Source of the DNA: Squalus acanthias
Lineage: Eukaryota
Length of the DNA stretch: 64,000 nucleotides
Assembly: GCA_030390025.1 (NCBI GenBank)
Contig: CM059432.1
Span: forward strand, 85,810,001-85,874,000
Direction of reading: 5' to 3'
Made by a program: the position numbers and the translations under genes. Shown here in pieces: positions 25,259 through 36,901 of this stretch. How positions within the stretch are numbered: the stretch's first letter is position 1; each line of letters starts with the position of its first letter. Under the pieces are notes generated by a model. The model was given only the letters and a program-made list of their open reading frames with translations, did not search any database and was not told where the DNA came from.

Positions 25259-26564
25259 TCACGTCATGTATCGTGACATAAACCCAAGATCCCGGTTGAG
25301 GCCGTCCTCATGAGTGCGGAACTTGGCTATCAGTTTCTGCTCGATGATTTTGCGTTGTCGTGTGTTTCTAAGGCCGCCTTGGAGAACGCTTACCCGCAGA
25401 TCCGAGGCTGAATGTCCTTGACTGCTGAAGTGTTCCCCGACTGGGAGGGAACACTCCTGCCTGGTGATTGTTGCGCGGTGTCCGTTCATACGTTGTCGCA
25501 GTGTCTGCATGGTCTCGCCGATGTACCATGCCGCGGTGCATTTTTTCCTGCAACGTATGAGGTAGACAACGTTGGCCGAGTCACATGAGTATGTACCATG
25601 TACCTGGTGGGTAGTGTCCTCACGTGTGATGATGGTATCTGTGTTGATGATCTGGCATGTCTTGCAGAGGTTGCCGTGGCAGGGTTGTGTGGTGTCGTGG
25701 TCGCTGTTATCCTGAAAGCTGGGTAATTTGCTGCGAACGATGGTACTTCTGAGGTTAGGTGGCTGTTTGAAGGCAAGTAGTGGAGGCGTGGCGATGGCCT
25801 TAGCGAGGTGTTCGTCGTCATCGATGACATGTTGGAGGCTGCGAAGAACATGGCGTAGTTTCTCCGCTCCGGGGAAGTACTGGACGATGTAGGGTACCCT
25901 GTTGGTTGTGTCCCGTGTTTGCCTTCTGAGGAGGTCTATGCGATTTTTCGCTGTGGCCCGTCGGAACTGTCGATCGATGAGTTGAGCGTCATATCCCGTT
26001 CTTACGAGGGCGTTTTTCAGCGTCCGTAGGTGTCCATCGCGTTCCTCCTCGTCTGAGCAGATCCTGTGTATTCGCAGGGCTTGTCCATAGGGGATGGCTT
26101 CTTTAACGTGGTTAGGGTGGAAGCTGGAGAAGTGGAGCATCGTGAGGTTGTCCGTGGGCTTGCGGTAGAGTGAAGTGCTGAGGTGTCCGTCTTTGATGGA
26201 GATTCGTGTGTCCAGGAATGAAACCGATTCTGAGGAGTAGTCCATGGTGAGTTTGATGGTGGGATGGAACTTGTTTATGTTACCGTGTAGTCTTTTCAGT
26301 GATCCTTCGCCATGGGTCCAAAGGAAGAAAATGTCGTCGATGTATCTGGTGTACAGCGTTGGCTGGAGGTCCTGTGCAGCGAAGAAGTCTTGCTCGAACT
26401 TGTGCATGAAGATGTTGGTGTATTGGGGTGCGAATTTGGTCCCCATTGCTGTTCCGTGTGTTTGGGTAAAAAAATGGTTGTCGAAGGTGAAGACATTGTG
26501 GTCAAGGATGAAGCGGATGAGTTGTAGGATGGCGTCTGGAGATTGGCTGTTGTTGGTGTTGGTG
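25259..26564 (-). CDS. Penelope RT C-terminal half plus GIY-YIG endonuclease (no native start; truncated)
   Basis: GTAMG, YTRYIDDIF, SFLDT, LYRKPTD and VVYLIRC..C...YIGET...RMNGH, GLN motifs in about 435 open codons. Confidence 0.88.
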
Positions 26565-27334
26565 TTTATTAGCCGAGGCATAGAATATAAGAGCAGGGAG
26601 GTTATGCTTGAACTGTATAAAACACTAGTTAGGCCGCAGCTAGAATACTGCGTGCAGTTCTGGTCATCACATTACAGGAAGGATATGATTGTACTAGAGA
26701 GAGTGCAGAGGAGATTTACGAGGATGTTACCTGGGCTGGGGAATTTTAGCTATGAGGAAAGATTGGATAGGCTGGGGTTGTTTTCTTTGGAACAGAGGAG
26801 GCTGAGGGGAGACCTAATTGAGGTGTATAAAATTATGAGGGGCCTAGATAGAGTGGATAGTAAGGACCTATTTCCCTTTAGTACAAGGGTCAATAACCAG
26901 GGGGCATACATTTAAAGTAATTAGTCGGAGGTTTAGAGGGGAATTGAGACTTTTTTTCACCCAGAGGGTGGTGGGGGTCTGGAACTCTGTCTGTCTGAAA
27001 GGGTGGTAGAGGCAGAAACCCTCATCACATTTAAAAAGTACTTGGATATGCACTTGAAGTGCCATAACCTACAAGGCTACGGACCAAGTGCTGGAAAGTG
27101 GGATTAGGGTGGATAGCTCTTTGTCGGCCGGCACGGACAAGGTGGGCCGGATGGCCGCCTTCTGTGCTGTAAATTTATGATTCTATGATCCGGTTTGACC
27201 GTGGAACAATAGACTTTTACTCACCTTAGTGTAAAATGTGTTTCTCAGATTAAATTTCCGATTAAGTGGCGTGTGCTACAAATATTTGCCATTTAGTTAT
27301 TTCTGTCCTCCGCTTATAGAAATATTGATCTAAG

Positions 27335-27670
27335 TGAGCTACCATGATGGTTCAGTGGATAAATACCCCATGTGGTGTGATACTAAAACAGTTAGAGCAG
27401 GAAGGTGCAGTATTTAATCTCCAATGTGTGGAGTTAGCTGATCTTGGAGGAATGATGGGGGATACCACAGTTGGCCTCACTGTCTCCAAGTCAGAGAAGG
27501 GAAAAAGTCAGAAATGGTTTCAGCTTTTGATTAATCTCCAGTAATCTGTTTTGGAATGTGTGTGAGGATTAAGTCAGTCTTGTAATGCCTCTCATGGTTG
27601 ATTAACCCTCTGATATTCACTGCCTAGACCCGTTTGAGGAATAGACACTTTGGTGAAATACTGGAGAATT
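27335..27670 (+). mobile_element. Old tRNA-derived SINE-like fragment
   Basis: TGGTTCAGTGG A-box-like start and a gagttagctgatc motif. Heavily diverged. Confidence 0.35.
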
Positions 27671-28670
27671 CCACAGCACTTGTGGAACTGTATCTTTTCA
27701 GGAACGGAGATTTTGGATGTATCTGGATGAAAAATTAAAGGAGGGGGGAATATTTCCTGATCAAAGCTTACCATTTTATTGCAAACAGCATGCTAGAGAC
27801 GGAGCTGAGCGATCCCACAACTAACTGATCAGGTTACAGCTCTGCAGTCCAACCACATCCATTGGGCTGAATGGTGGTGGACACTTAATCAACTAAAGGG
27901 GGAAGGAGGAGGAGGCTCTATGAACATCCCCATCATCAATGATGGCGGAACCCAGCATATGAGTACAACAGACAAGGCTAAAGTGTTCGCAATCATTTTT
28001 CATCTAGAAGTGCTAAGTGGATGATCCTTCTTGGCCTCTTCTTAGGTCCCTACCATCACAGATGCCAGTCTTTAGCCATATCAAGAAATGGCTGAGCGCA
28101 CTGGACACGGCAAAGGCTATGGATCCTGTCAGCATCCCAGCTGTAGTGCTGAAGATCTGTGCTCCAGAACTAGCCATGGCTCTAGCCAAGCTGTTCCAGT
28201 ACAGCTGCGACACTGGCATCTACCTGAAAATGTGGAAAATTCTCCAGGTATGTCCTGTCCACAAAAAGCAGAAAAAATCTAACCCGGCCAATTGCCGTCC
28301 TATTAGCCTACTCTCAATCATCAACAGTGCTATCAAGTGGCTCTTACTCACCAATAACATGCTCACCGATGCGCAGTATGGATTCTGCCAGGATCACTCA
28401 ACTCCAGACCTCATTAAATCCTTGGTCCAAATATGGACAAAAGAGCTGAATTCCAGAGGTAAGGTGAGAGTGACTGCCTTGACATCAAGGCAGCAGTTGA
28501 CAGAGTGTGGCATCAAGGATCCCTAGTAACTCTGAAGTCACTAGTGAAATGGGCAGTCACATGGCAGATGAAATTTAGCGCGGTGAAGTGATGCATTTTG
28601 GTAGGAAGAATGAGGCAAGGCAATATAAACTAAATGGTACAATTTTAAAGGGGGTACAGGAACAGAGAGA

Positions 28671-29982
28671 AATAAAAACAGAAAATTCTGGAAATACTCA
28701 GCAGGTCAGGCAGCATCTGTGGAGAGAGAAACTGAGTTAACGTTTCAGGTCAATGACCTTTCGTCAGAACTAGAAAAAGTTCGAGATATAACCGATTTTA
28801 AGCAAGTGTAGGGGCAAGGTAAGGGGGGAGGGGAGGAAAGAACAAAAGGGAAGGTCTGCGATAGGGTGGAAGGCAGGAGTGATTAAATGACAAAAGGGAT
28901 GATGGTGCAAGGAAAAAAGAGATGGTAATGGGACAAGTAAAGAAAGAAAAGATGGGTCTAGAGGAGGTGTAAATGGGAATAACAGAATCATCAACAGCTG
29001 GCTTCTAGAAAAAATGGAAGCAGAGGTTCTGATCTGAAATTGTTGAAGGGAAGCGGTAAAAGGGCAGGTGTTGCATCTCCTGCGCTTGCATGAGGAGATG
29101 CCGTGGGAAGGGGTGTTGGGGGTGATTGAGGAGTGGACCAGGGTGTCGCAGAGGGAACAGTCCCTTTGGAATGCTGAGAGGGGAGGGGAAGATGTGTTTG
29201 GTGGTGGGATCACGCTGGAGGTGGCGGAAATGGCAGAGGATGAGCCATTGAATGTGGAGGCTGGTGGGGTGGGAGGTGAGGACAAGGGAAATCCTATCCT
29301 GGTTCTGGCAGGGAGGGGAAGGGGTGAGAGCAGAAGTGTGGAAAGTGGAACAGACACGGTCAAGGGCCCTGTCAACTACGGTGGAGGGGAATCCTTTGGT
29401 TGAGGAAAAAGGAAGACATGTCCGAAGCACTGATATGGACAGTGGCATCGTCCGGACAGATGCGACGGAGATGAAGAAACTGGGAGACTGGAATAGAGTC
29501 CTCACAGGAAGCAGGGTGGAAGGAACTGTAGTTAATGTAGCTATGGGAGTCAGTGGGCTTCTAGTTAATATTGATCGCTAGTCTATCCCCAAAAATGGAG
29601 ACATAGAAGTCGAGGAAGGGAAGAGTCGGAGATGGACCATGTAAAGGCGAGGGAAAGGTGGAAATTGGAAGCAAAGTTGATTACATTTTTTAGTTTGGGG
29701 CGAGAGCAGGAAATGACACCGATACAATCATCAATGTACTGGAAAAAGAGGTGAGGGAGGGAATCTGAGTAGGACTGGGACAAAGAATGTTCCTCATATC
29801 CCACGAAAAGGGAGGCACAGCTAAGACCTGTATGGGTTCCCATAGCAACACCTTTTTATTTGGAAGAAGTAGTGGAGTCAAAGGAGAAGTTGTTCAATGT
29901 GAGAACAAGTTCAGCCAGGCAGGTGGTGGTGGATGGGGTCTTGGTTGGGCCTCCGTTCAAGGAAGAAGTGGAGGGCGTCTTA
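28671..29982 (-). mobile_element. Penelope-like element 2 (second family, decayed)
   Basis: Fragments MGT..G.S.A.LFVG, QYIDDCIG, LVLTSHP and the C..C Cys cluster. Terminal region with hammerhead motif. Confidence 0.85.
28734..28771 (-). ncRNA. Minimal type I hammerhead ribozyme motif (intact core)
   Basis: Minus strand reads AGUU CUGACGA A AGGUC auu GACCU GAAA CG UU AACU. Confidence 0.78.
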
Positions 29983-31752
29983 AGAGAGAGAGAGACTTGG
30001 GGGGTGTACGTACACAAGTCTTTGAAGGTGGCAGGACAAGTTGAAAAGGCTGTTAAACAGATACAGTATCCTTGACTTTATAAATAGAACCATAGAATTC
30101 AAAAGCAAGGAAGTTTTGCTAAACTTTTTTAAAACACTCGTTAGGCCCCAGCTGGGGTATTGTCCAATTCTGGGCAACACACTTTAGGATGGATGTCAAG
30201 TTCTTGGAGAGGTTACAGAGGAGATTTACTAGAATGGTACCAGTGATGAGGGACTTTAGTTATGTGGAGAGACTAGAGAAACGAGTTGCTCTCCTTAGAG
30301 CAGCGAAGGTTAAGAGATTTGATAGAGGTGTTCAAAATCATGAATGGTTTTGATAGAGTAAATAAGGAGAAACTGATTCCAGTGGCAGAAGGGTTGGTAA
30401 CCAGAATGCACAGATTTAAGGTGATTGGCTAAAGAACCAGAGACGATATAAGGAAAAATGTTTTAATGCAGCGAGTTGTTTGATCTGGAATGCACTGCCT
30501 GAAAGGGTGGTGGAAGCAGATTCAATAATAACTTTTAAAAGGGGGTTGGATAAATACTTGGAGGAAACATTTGCAGGGCTATGGGGGAAAGAGCATGGGA
30601 GTGGGAGTAATTTGGTAGCTCTACCAAAGAGCCGGCACAGGCACGCTGGGGCGATTGGCCTCCTTCTGTGCTGTATCATTCTATGATTCTAATAGGGATT
30701 AGTGGAAATCTTTCCAGTGGCTGGAGTCACACCTAGCAAAAAGAAAGATGGTTGTTGGAGGCTAATCATCTCAGCCCCAGGACATCGCTGCTGGAGTTCC
30801 TCAGGGCACCATCTTAGGCCCAACTTTCTTCAGATGTTTCAGCGATGATCTTCCCTCCAGCATAAGGTCAGAAGTGGGGCTGTTCGCTGAGGATTGCACC
30901 GTGTTCAGTTCCATTCGCAATTCCTTCATGCACACATGCAGTGAAGCCTGGACAACATCCAGGCTTGGGCTGGTAAGTGGCAAGTAATATTTGTGCCACA
31001 CAAGTGTCAGGCAATGAGCATCTCCAACAAAAGAGAGTCTAACCAACTCCCCTTGACATTCAATGGCATTACCATTACTGAATCCCCACCATCAACATCC
31101 TGGGGATAATGATTGACCAGAAACTTAACTAGACCATCCATGTAAATACTGTGTCTACTAGAGCAGGTTAGAGGCTGGGCATTCAGCGGCAGGTGGCTCA
31201 TCTGACTCCCCAAATCCTCTCCCCCACCTACAAGGCACAAGTCAGGAGTGTGATGGGATACTCTTTACTTACTTGGATGGGTGCATCTGCAACAACACTC
31301 AAGAAGCTCAACACCATCCAGGCCAAAGCGGTCCGCTTGATCGACAGCACATCCACTGCCTCCACCACCGGCGCATCATGGCTGCAGTGTGTACCATCTA
31401 CAAGATGCACTGCAGCAACTCGCCAAGGCTTCTTCGACAGCACCTTCCAAACTCGTGATCTCTGCCTCCTAGAAGGACAAAGCAGCAGGTGCATGGGAAC
31501 ACCATTATCTTCATGTTCCCCTTCAAGTCACAAACCATCCTGACTTGGACATTTATTGCCGCTCAATCATTGTTGCTGGGTAAATGTCCTGGAACTCCCT
31601 ACCTAATAGCACTGTGGGAGTACCTTCACCATACAGACTGCAATGGTTCAAGATGATGGCTGACCACCACCTTGTGAGCAACTAGGGATAGGCAATAATT
31701 GCTGGACTTGCTAGCGACACCCATATCCCAAGAATTAACTTTTTAAAAACTG

Positions 31753-32370
31753 TGGCCTAGAGTTTCTGCTAGTTTGCGTTGGTTTTACCAGCACAATTCG
31801 CCTGAAATCGACCAAGCCAGCGTAAAAGAAAGAGGAATTTTAAGCACAAGTTACGTTGAGTGTAAATTGAATTTCCACGATCTTTAACGCTGGTTTAATA
31901 AAACATTGCGCTGAAAGCCGGTCCTGACCACAAAACTGGCCACGCACCCCCCGCCCCCCAATCGAAAGAGAGAGCCTGGCGAGTTTTGGCGATTGCGCCT
32001 GTGCGACCGTTTGAGGAGGCTCTTCAAATTAAGCACATTTTTTAGGCATGTTTTAAAAGCTTTTAAATATTAAAAAAAAATATTTCACTATGAAACTGAC
32101 TAGTGTACACCAATGAAACTATAAATGGTTCAGTATCATTTTTTAAGTTATTTTCAGTGATTTTAAATCAGGTTACTCCCAGGTGGTGGACTTGACGCTC
32201 TTATTAAAAAATGCTTAATATTTTGTGACAAACCCATTTTCAGCTGTATTAATAAAACTGCACCAGGCTACCACTCTGAAATACATCAAGGAATATTTTT
32301 TAATGCAAAAAAAATAAAACCAATTATGCTCTATTACGTCAGTAATCAGCCAGTATAACTTGACCAGTGC
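31753..32370. mobile_element. Probable non-autonomous Harbinger-type element fragment
   Basis: Starts GGCCTAGAGTTT with a CpG-rich subterminal region like other Harbinger ends here. The second TIR was not found. Confidence 0.35.
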
Positions 32371-32630
32371 GACTGGAGCAACATTATTCAAAATGCCTCG
32401 GAAATCAAGACTTTTGCCAGTGGATTATGTGGAATCATGTCATAATACAGGATGCTGTATTTTAGATCTTCACTATAACTATGATATGCCATGACAGAAA
32501 CCACATAACCACTTTCTTGTGTGGTGCTCAAAGATGAAATTATAGAGGGGCTTTTTCTTTTGATCCTGTGCACCATGAAGTCCTCTTAAGGCAGTATATA
32601 AAAATAATTTCCTCAGAACTACCTACTCAC

Positions 32631-32707
32631 CTTAGCTTGTGGAATTTGCCACTCTTTGATTTCCGCCTGCACTGAATTGGTAGGTATGACTTCTGAGCCC
32701 TGGTGAG
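32631..32707 (-). other. Candidate 77-nt antisense exon
   Basis: Minus strand ttctcatgtttcag|CTCACC...GCTAAG|gtgagt, with consensus sites at both ends. Confidence 0.45.
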
Positions 32708-33242
32708 CTGAAACATGAGAAGCTGTCAGAAATTAGCTGAAAAATTGAAACTGAAGAAGCCAATAAAACCTGAACTCCCACTTCTCCCGACCCTTTCCCA
32801 TGCCTTGCCTCTCAGCAATAAATTTCCCACTCGTTAAGTTCCTGATATCAGTTGGGTATTGGGGAAGATTCGGACCAGAGATCAGGTACTTTGCCACAGG
32901 TAAGGAAAAATTCTGAGAGCACGTAAGCCCATGTTGTTCTTGATCATCTTCTAATAGCCAGTTATATAGGGATGTTGTCAGAAGCCTTGGAGTAGGTTGC
33001 CTGCCCACACTCTTGATTGGCTCAATGTGAACGGGCTGGGTGAGGAGAGAGCAAGAGCTTTTACTTGCATTATTTCACAAGCCAGCACTGAAACATTAAA
33101 TCTCATCGCTAGCCTTGGGAACAGTGTAGGATCACTGATTGCAAAGCAAGGCAATAAGATGTTAGGGCTTTAATTCACTCTTTCTCCCACCCCCCTCCTC
33201 CGTTTTCTTCCTTCTTCTTTAGTAGGTACTGGCTCTTTTTGT

Positions 33243-36200
33243 TTATTCATTTATGGGATGTGGACATCGCTGGCAAGGCCAGCATTTATTGCCTATCCCT
33301 AATTGCCCTCGAGAAGGTGGTGGTGAGCCACCGCCTTGAACCGCTGCAGTCTGTGTGGTGAAGGTACTCCCACAGTGCTGTTGGGGAGTTCCAGAATTTT
33401 GACCCAGCGACGATGAAGGATCAGCAATATACTTCAAAGTCCGGATGGTGTGTGACTTGGAGGGGAACTTGGATGTGGTGGTGTTCCCATGCGCCTGCTG
33501 CCCTTGTCCTTCTAGGTGGAAGAGATCGCGGGTTTGGGAAGTGCTGCCGACGAAGCCTTGGTGCGTTGCTGCAGTGCATCTTGTAGATGGTACACACTGC
33601 AGCCACGGTACGCCGGTGGTGGAGGGAGTGAATGTTTAAGGTGGTGGATGGGGTGCCAATCAAGCGGGCTGCTTTGTCCTGGATGGTGTCAGGCTTCGCG
33701 TATTGTTGGAGCTGCACTCATCCAGGCAAGTGGAGAGTATTCCATCACACTCCTTACTTGTGCCTTGGAGATGGTGGAAAGGCTTTGGGGAGTCAGGAGG
33801 TGAGACACTCGCCGCAGAATACCTAGCCTCTGACCTGCTCTTGTTGCCACAGTATTTATGTGGCTGGTCCAGTTAAGTTTCTGGTCAATGGTGACCCCCA
33901 GGATGTTGATGGTGGGGAATTCGGCAATGGTTAGACTCTGAGGAACTCCTGCAGCGATGTCCTAGGGCTGTGATGATTGACCTTCAACCAGCACAACCAT
34001 CTTCCTTTGTCCTAGGTATGACTCCAGCCAGTGGAGAGTTTTCCCCCCCCCGATTCCCATTAACTTCAGTTTTACTAGGGCTCCTTGATGCCACACTCGG
34101 TCAAATGCTGCCTTGATGTCAAGGGCAGTCACTCTCACCTCACTTCCTGGAATTCAGCTCCTTTGTCCATGTTTGGACCAAGGCTGTAATGAGGTCGGGA
34201 GCCGAGTGGTCCTGGCTGAACCCAAACTGGGCATCAGTGAGCAGGTTATTGGTGAGTAAGTGCTGCTTGATAGCACTGTTGATGACCCCTTCCATCACTT
34301 TGCTGATGATTGAGAGTAGACTGATGGGGCGGTAATTGGCCGGATTGGATTTGTCCTGCTTTTTGAGGACAGGACATACCTGGGCAGTTTTCCACATTGT
34401 TGGACAGATGCCAGTGTTGTAGCTGTACTGGAACAGCTTGGCTAGAGGTGCGGCTAGTTCTGGAGCACAAGTCTTCAGCATGATAGCCGGGATATTGTCG
34501 GAGCCCATAACCTTTGCTGTATGCAGTGCGCTCAGCCGTTTCTTGATATCATGTGGAGTGAATCGAATTGGCTGAAGACTGGCTTCTGTGATGGTGGGGA
34601 TGTCGGGAGTAGGCCGATATGGACTCTGCACTTCTGGCTGAAGATGGTTGCAAACGCTTCAGCCTTGTCTTTTGCACTCACGTGCTGGGCTCCATATTCA
34701 TGGAGCCTCCTCCTCCCGTTAGTTGTTTAGTAGTCCACCACCATTCATGACTGGATGTGGCAGGACTGCAGAGCTTTGATCTGATCTGTTGATTGTGGGA
34801 TCGCTTCGCCCTGTCTATAGCATGCTGCTTCCGCTTTTTAGCATGCATGTAGTCCTGTATTGCAGCCTCCCCAGGTTGGCACCTCATTTTTAGGTACGCC
34901 TGGTGCTGCTCCTGGCATGCTCTTCTACACTCCTTATTGACCAGGGTTGGTCCCCTGGCTTGATGGTAATGGTAGAGTGAGAGATATGCCGTGCCATAAG
35001 GTTAATGATTGTGGTGGAATACAATTCTGCTGCTCGTCCTTCTTGACTTGTCTGCAGCCTTTGACATGGTTGACCACTTCATCCTTCTCCACCGTCGTCC
35101 AGCTGGGTGGGACTGCACTCTCTTGGTTCCATTCTTATCTATCTAATCGTAGCCAGAAAATCACCTGCAACGGCTTCTCTTCCCGCTCCCGCTAGACTTG
35201 ACTATTCCAACGCATTTCTGGCTGGCCTCCCACATTCCACCCTACGTAAACTTGAGGTCATCCAAAACTCGGCTACCCGTGTCCTAACTCGCACCAAGTC
35301 CCGTTCGCTGAGCTACATTGGCTCCCGGTTAAGCAGCGCCTCAATTTCAAAATTCTCATCCTTGTTTTCACATCTCTCCATGGCCTCGCCCCTTCCTATC
35401 TCTGTAATCACCTTCAGCTGCATAACCCTCCCCCGAGATATCTGTGCTTCTCTAATTCTGCCCTCTTGAGGATCCCTGATTATAATCCGTGCCTTCTGTT
35501 GCCTCGGCCCTAAGCTCTGGAATTCCCTGCCTAAACATGTCCGCCTCGCTACCTCTCTTTCCTCCTTTAAGACGATCCTTAAAACCTACCTCTTTGACCA
35601 AGCATTTGGTCATCTGCCCTAATTTATCCTTATGTGGATCGGTGTCACATTTTTTTGTCTTAAAATACTCCTGTGCAGCGCCTTGGGACCTTTTACTATG
35701 TTAAAGGCGCTATTTATATACTTGTTGCTGCTGCTGATGGCCCACAGCGCCTCATGGATGCCCAGTTTTGAGCTGTTAGATCTGTCCTGAATCCATCCCA
35801 TTTAGCATGGTGGTAGTGCCACACAACACGATGGAGGGTGTCCTCCGTGTGAAGATGGGACTTCTTCAATGACTGTGCGGTGGTCACTGCTACCAATACT
35901 GTCATGGACAGATGCATCTGCGACAGGTAGATTGGTGAGGACGAGGTCAAGTAGGTTTTTCCCCTCGTGTTGGTTCTTTCGCCACCTGTCGCAGGCCCAG
36001 ACTGGCAGTTATGTCCTTCAGGACTCGGTCAGTAATGGTGCTACTGAGCCATTCTTCGTGATGGACATTGAAGTCCCCCACCCAGAGTTCATTCTGTGCC
36101 CTTGCTACTCTCCGTGCTTCTTCCAAGTGTTGTTCAACATGGAGGAGTACTGATTTATCAGCTGAGGGAGGGCAGTAGGAGGTTTCCTTGCTCATGCTTG

Positions 36201-36901
36201 CCCTGAAGCCATGAGACTTCATGGGGTCCAGAGTCAATGTTGAGGACTCCCAGGGCCACTCCTTCCCGACTGTATACCACTGTGCCACCATCCCTGGTGG
36301 GTCTGTCCTGCCAGGACATACCCAGGGATGGTGATGGAGGAGTTTGGGACATTGGCTGGAAGGTATGATTCTGTGAGTATGACTATGTCAGGCTGTTGCT
36401 TGACTAGTCTGTGGGACAGCTCTCCCAATTTTGGCACCAGTCCCCAGATGTTGGTGAGGAGGACTTTGCAGGGTCGACTGGACTGGGTGTGCCGTTGCTG
36501 TGTCCATAGCCGGTGTGGAGGTCGATGCCGGGTGGTCCGTCCGGTTTCATTCTTATTATTGTGTTTCATAGCGGTTTGTTACAACTGAGTGGCTTGCTAG
36601 GCCATTTCAGAGGGCAGTTAAGAGTCAACCACATTGCTGTGGGTCTGGAGTCACAGAAAGGCCAGACCAGGTAAGGATGGCAGCTTTCCTTCCCTAAAGA
36701 ACATTAGAGAACCAGATGGGTTTTTATGACAATCCGATAGTTTCATGGTCACCATTACTGATACTAGCTTTTTATTCCAGGTTTATTTAATTAACTGAAT
36801 TTAAATTCCCCAGCTGCCGTGGTGGGATTTGAACTCGTGTCTCTGGATCATTAGTCCAGGCCTCTGGATTACTAGCCCAGTGACATTACCAGTATGCTAC
36901 C
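33243..36901 (-). mobile_element. Most complete family A LINE: tRNA head, APE endonuclease, RT, tail; split by L2
   Basis: Head at about 36600-36901. APE motifs VLLTNIWGL, DIVILTESYL, WVGDFNVHH (ORFs 36234-36569, 35947-36291). RT ORF 34140-34631. Tail at 33243. Confidence 0.93.
35032..35730 (+). mobile_element. L2 LINE, internally deleted, inserted in family A
   Basis: GTALSWFHSYLSNR and RLDYSNAFLAGLP motifs, L2 tail. Flanked by repeated tgctgct. Confidence 0.88.

Larger units (their letters stand above)
24816..26564 (-). mobile_element. Penelope-like element 1 (RT + GIY-YIG), 5'-truncated, young
   Basis: 12-bp TSD TTTATTAGCCGA at 24804-24815 and 26565-26576. Uninterrupted ORF. Terminal pseudo-LTR with hammerhead motif. 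Confidence 0.93.
24474..27190 (+). mobile_element. CR1 LINE split by Penelope-1 (pieces 24474-24815 and 26565-27190)
   Basis: KFADDTK...GILAFISR continues as ISRGIEYKSREVMLELYKTLVRPQLEYC after the insert. Tail tatgattctatga. Confidence 0.9.
28541..30690 (+). mobile_element. CR1 LINE split by Penelope-2 (pieces 28541-28670 and about 29983-30690)
   Basis: ggggtacaggaacagagaga ... gagagacttgggggtgtacgtacac rejoin as CR1 RT. Tail ttctatgattct. Confidence 0.82.
27790..31740 (+). mobile_element. Older family A LINE split by CR1 plus Penelope (pieces 27790-28540 and 30691-31740)
   Basis: ORF 28017-28526 and the 30.8-31.5 kb RT fragments are colinear with other family A copies. Junction ctgaagtca ... 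aatagggatt. Confidence 0.85.

Noticed and set aside
26244..26915. 223-aa chimeric ORF
   Set aside because: It is the antisense strand of Penelope running through the TSD into CR1 RT, an artefact of the insertion.
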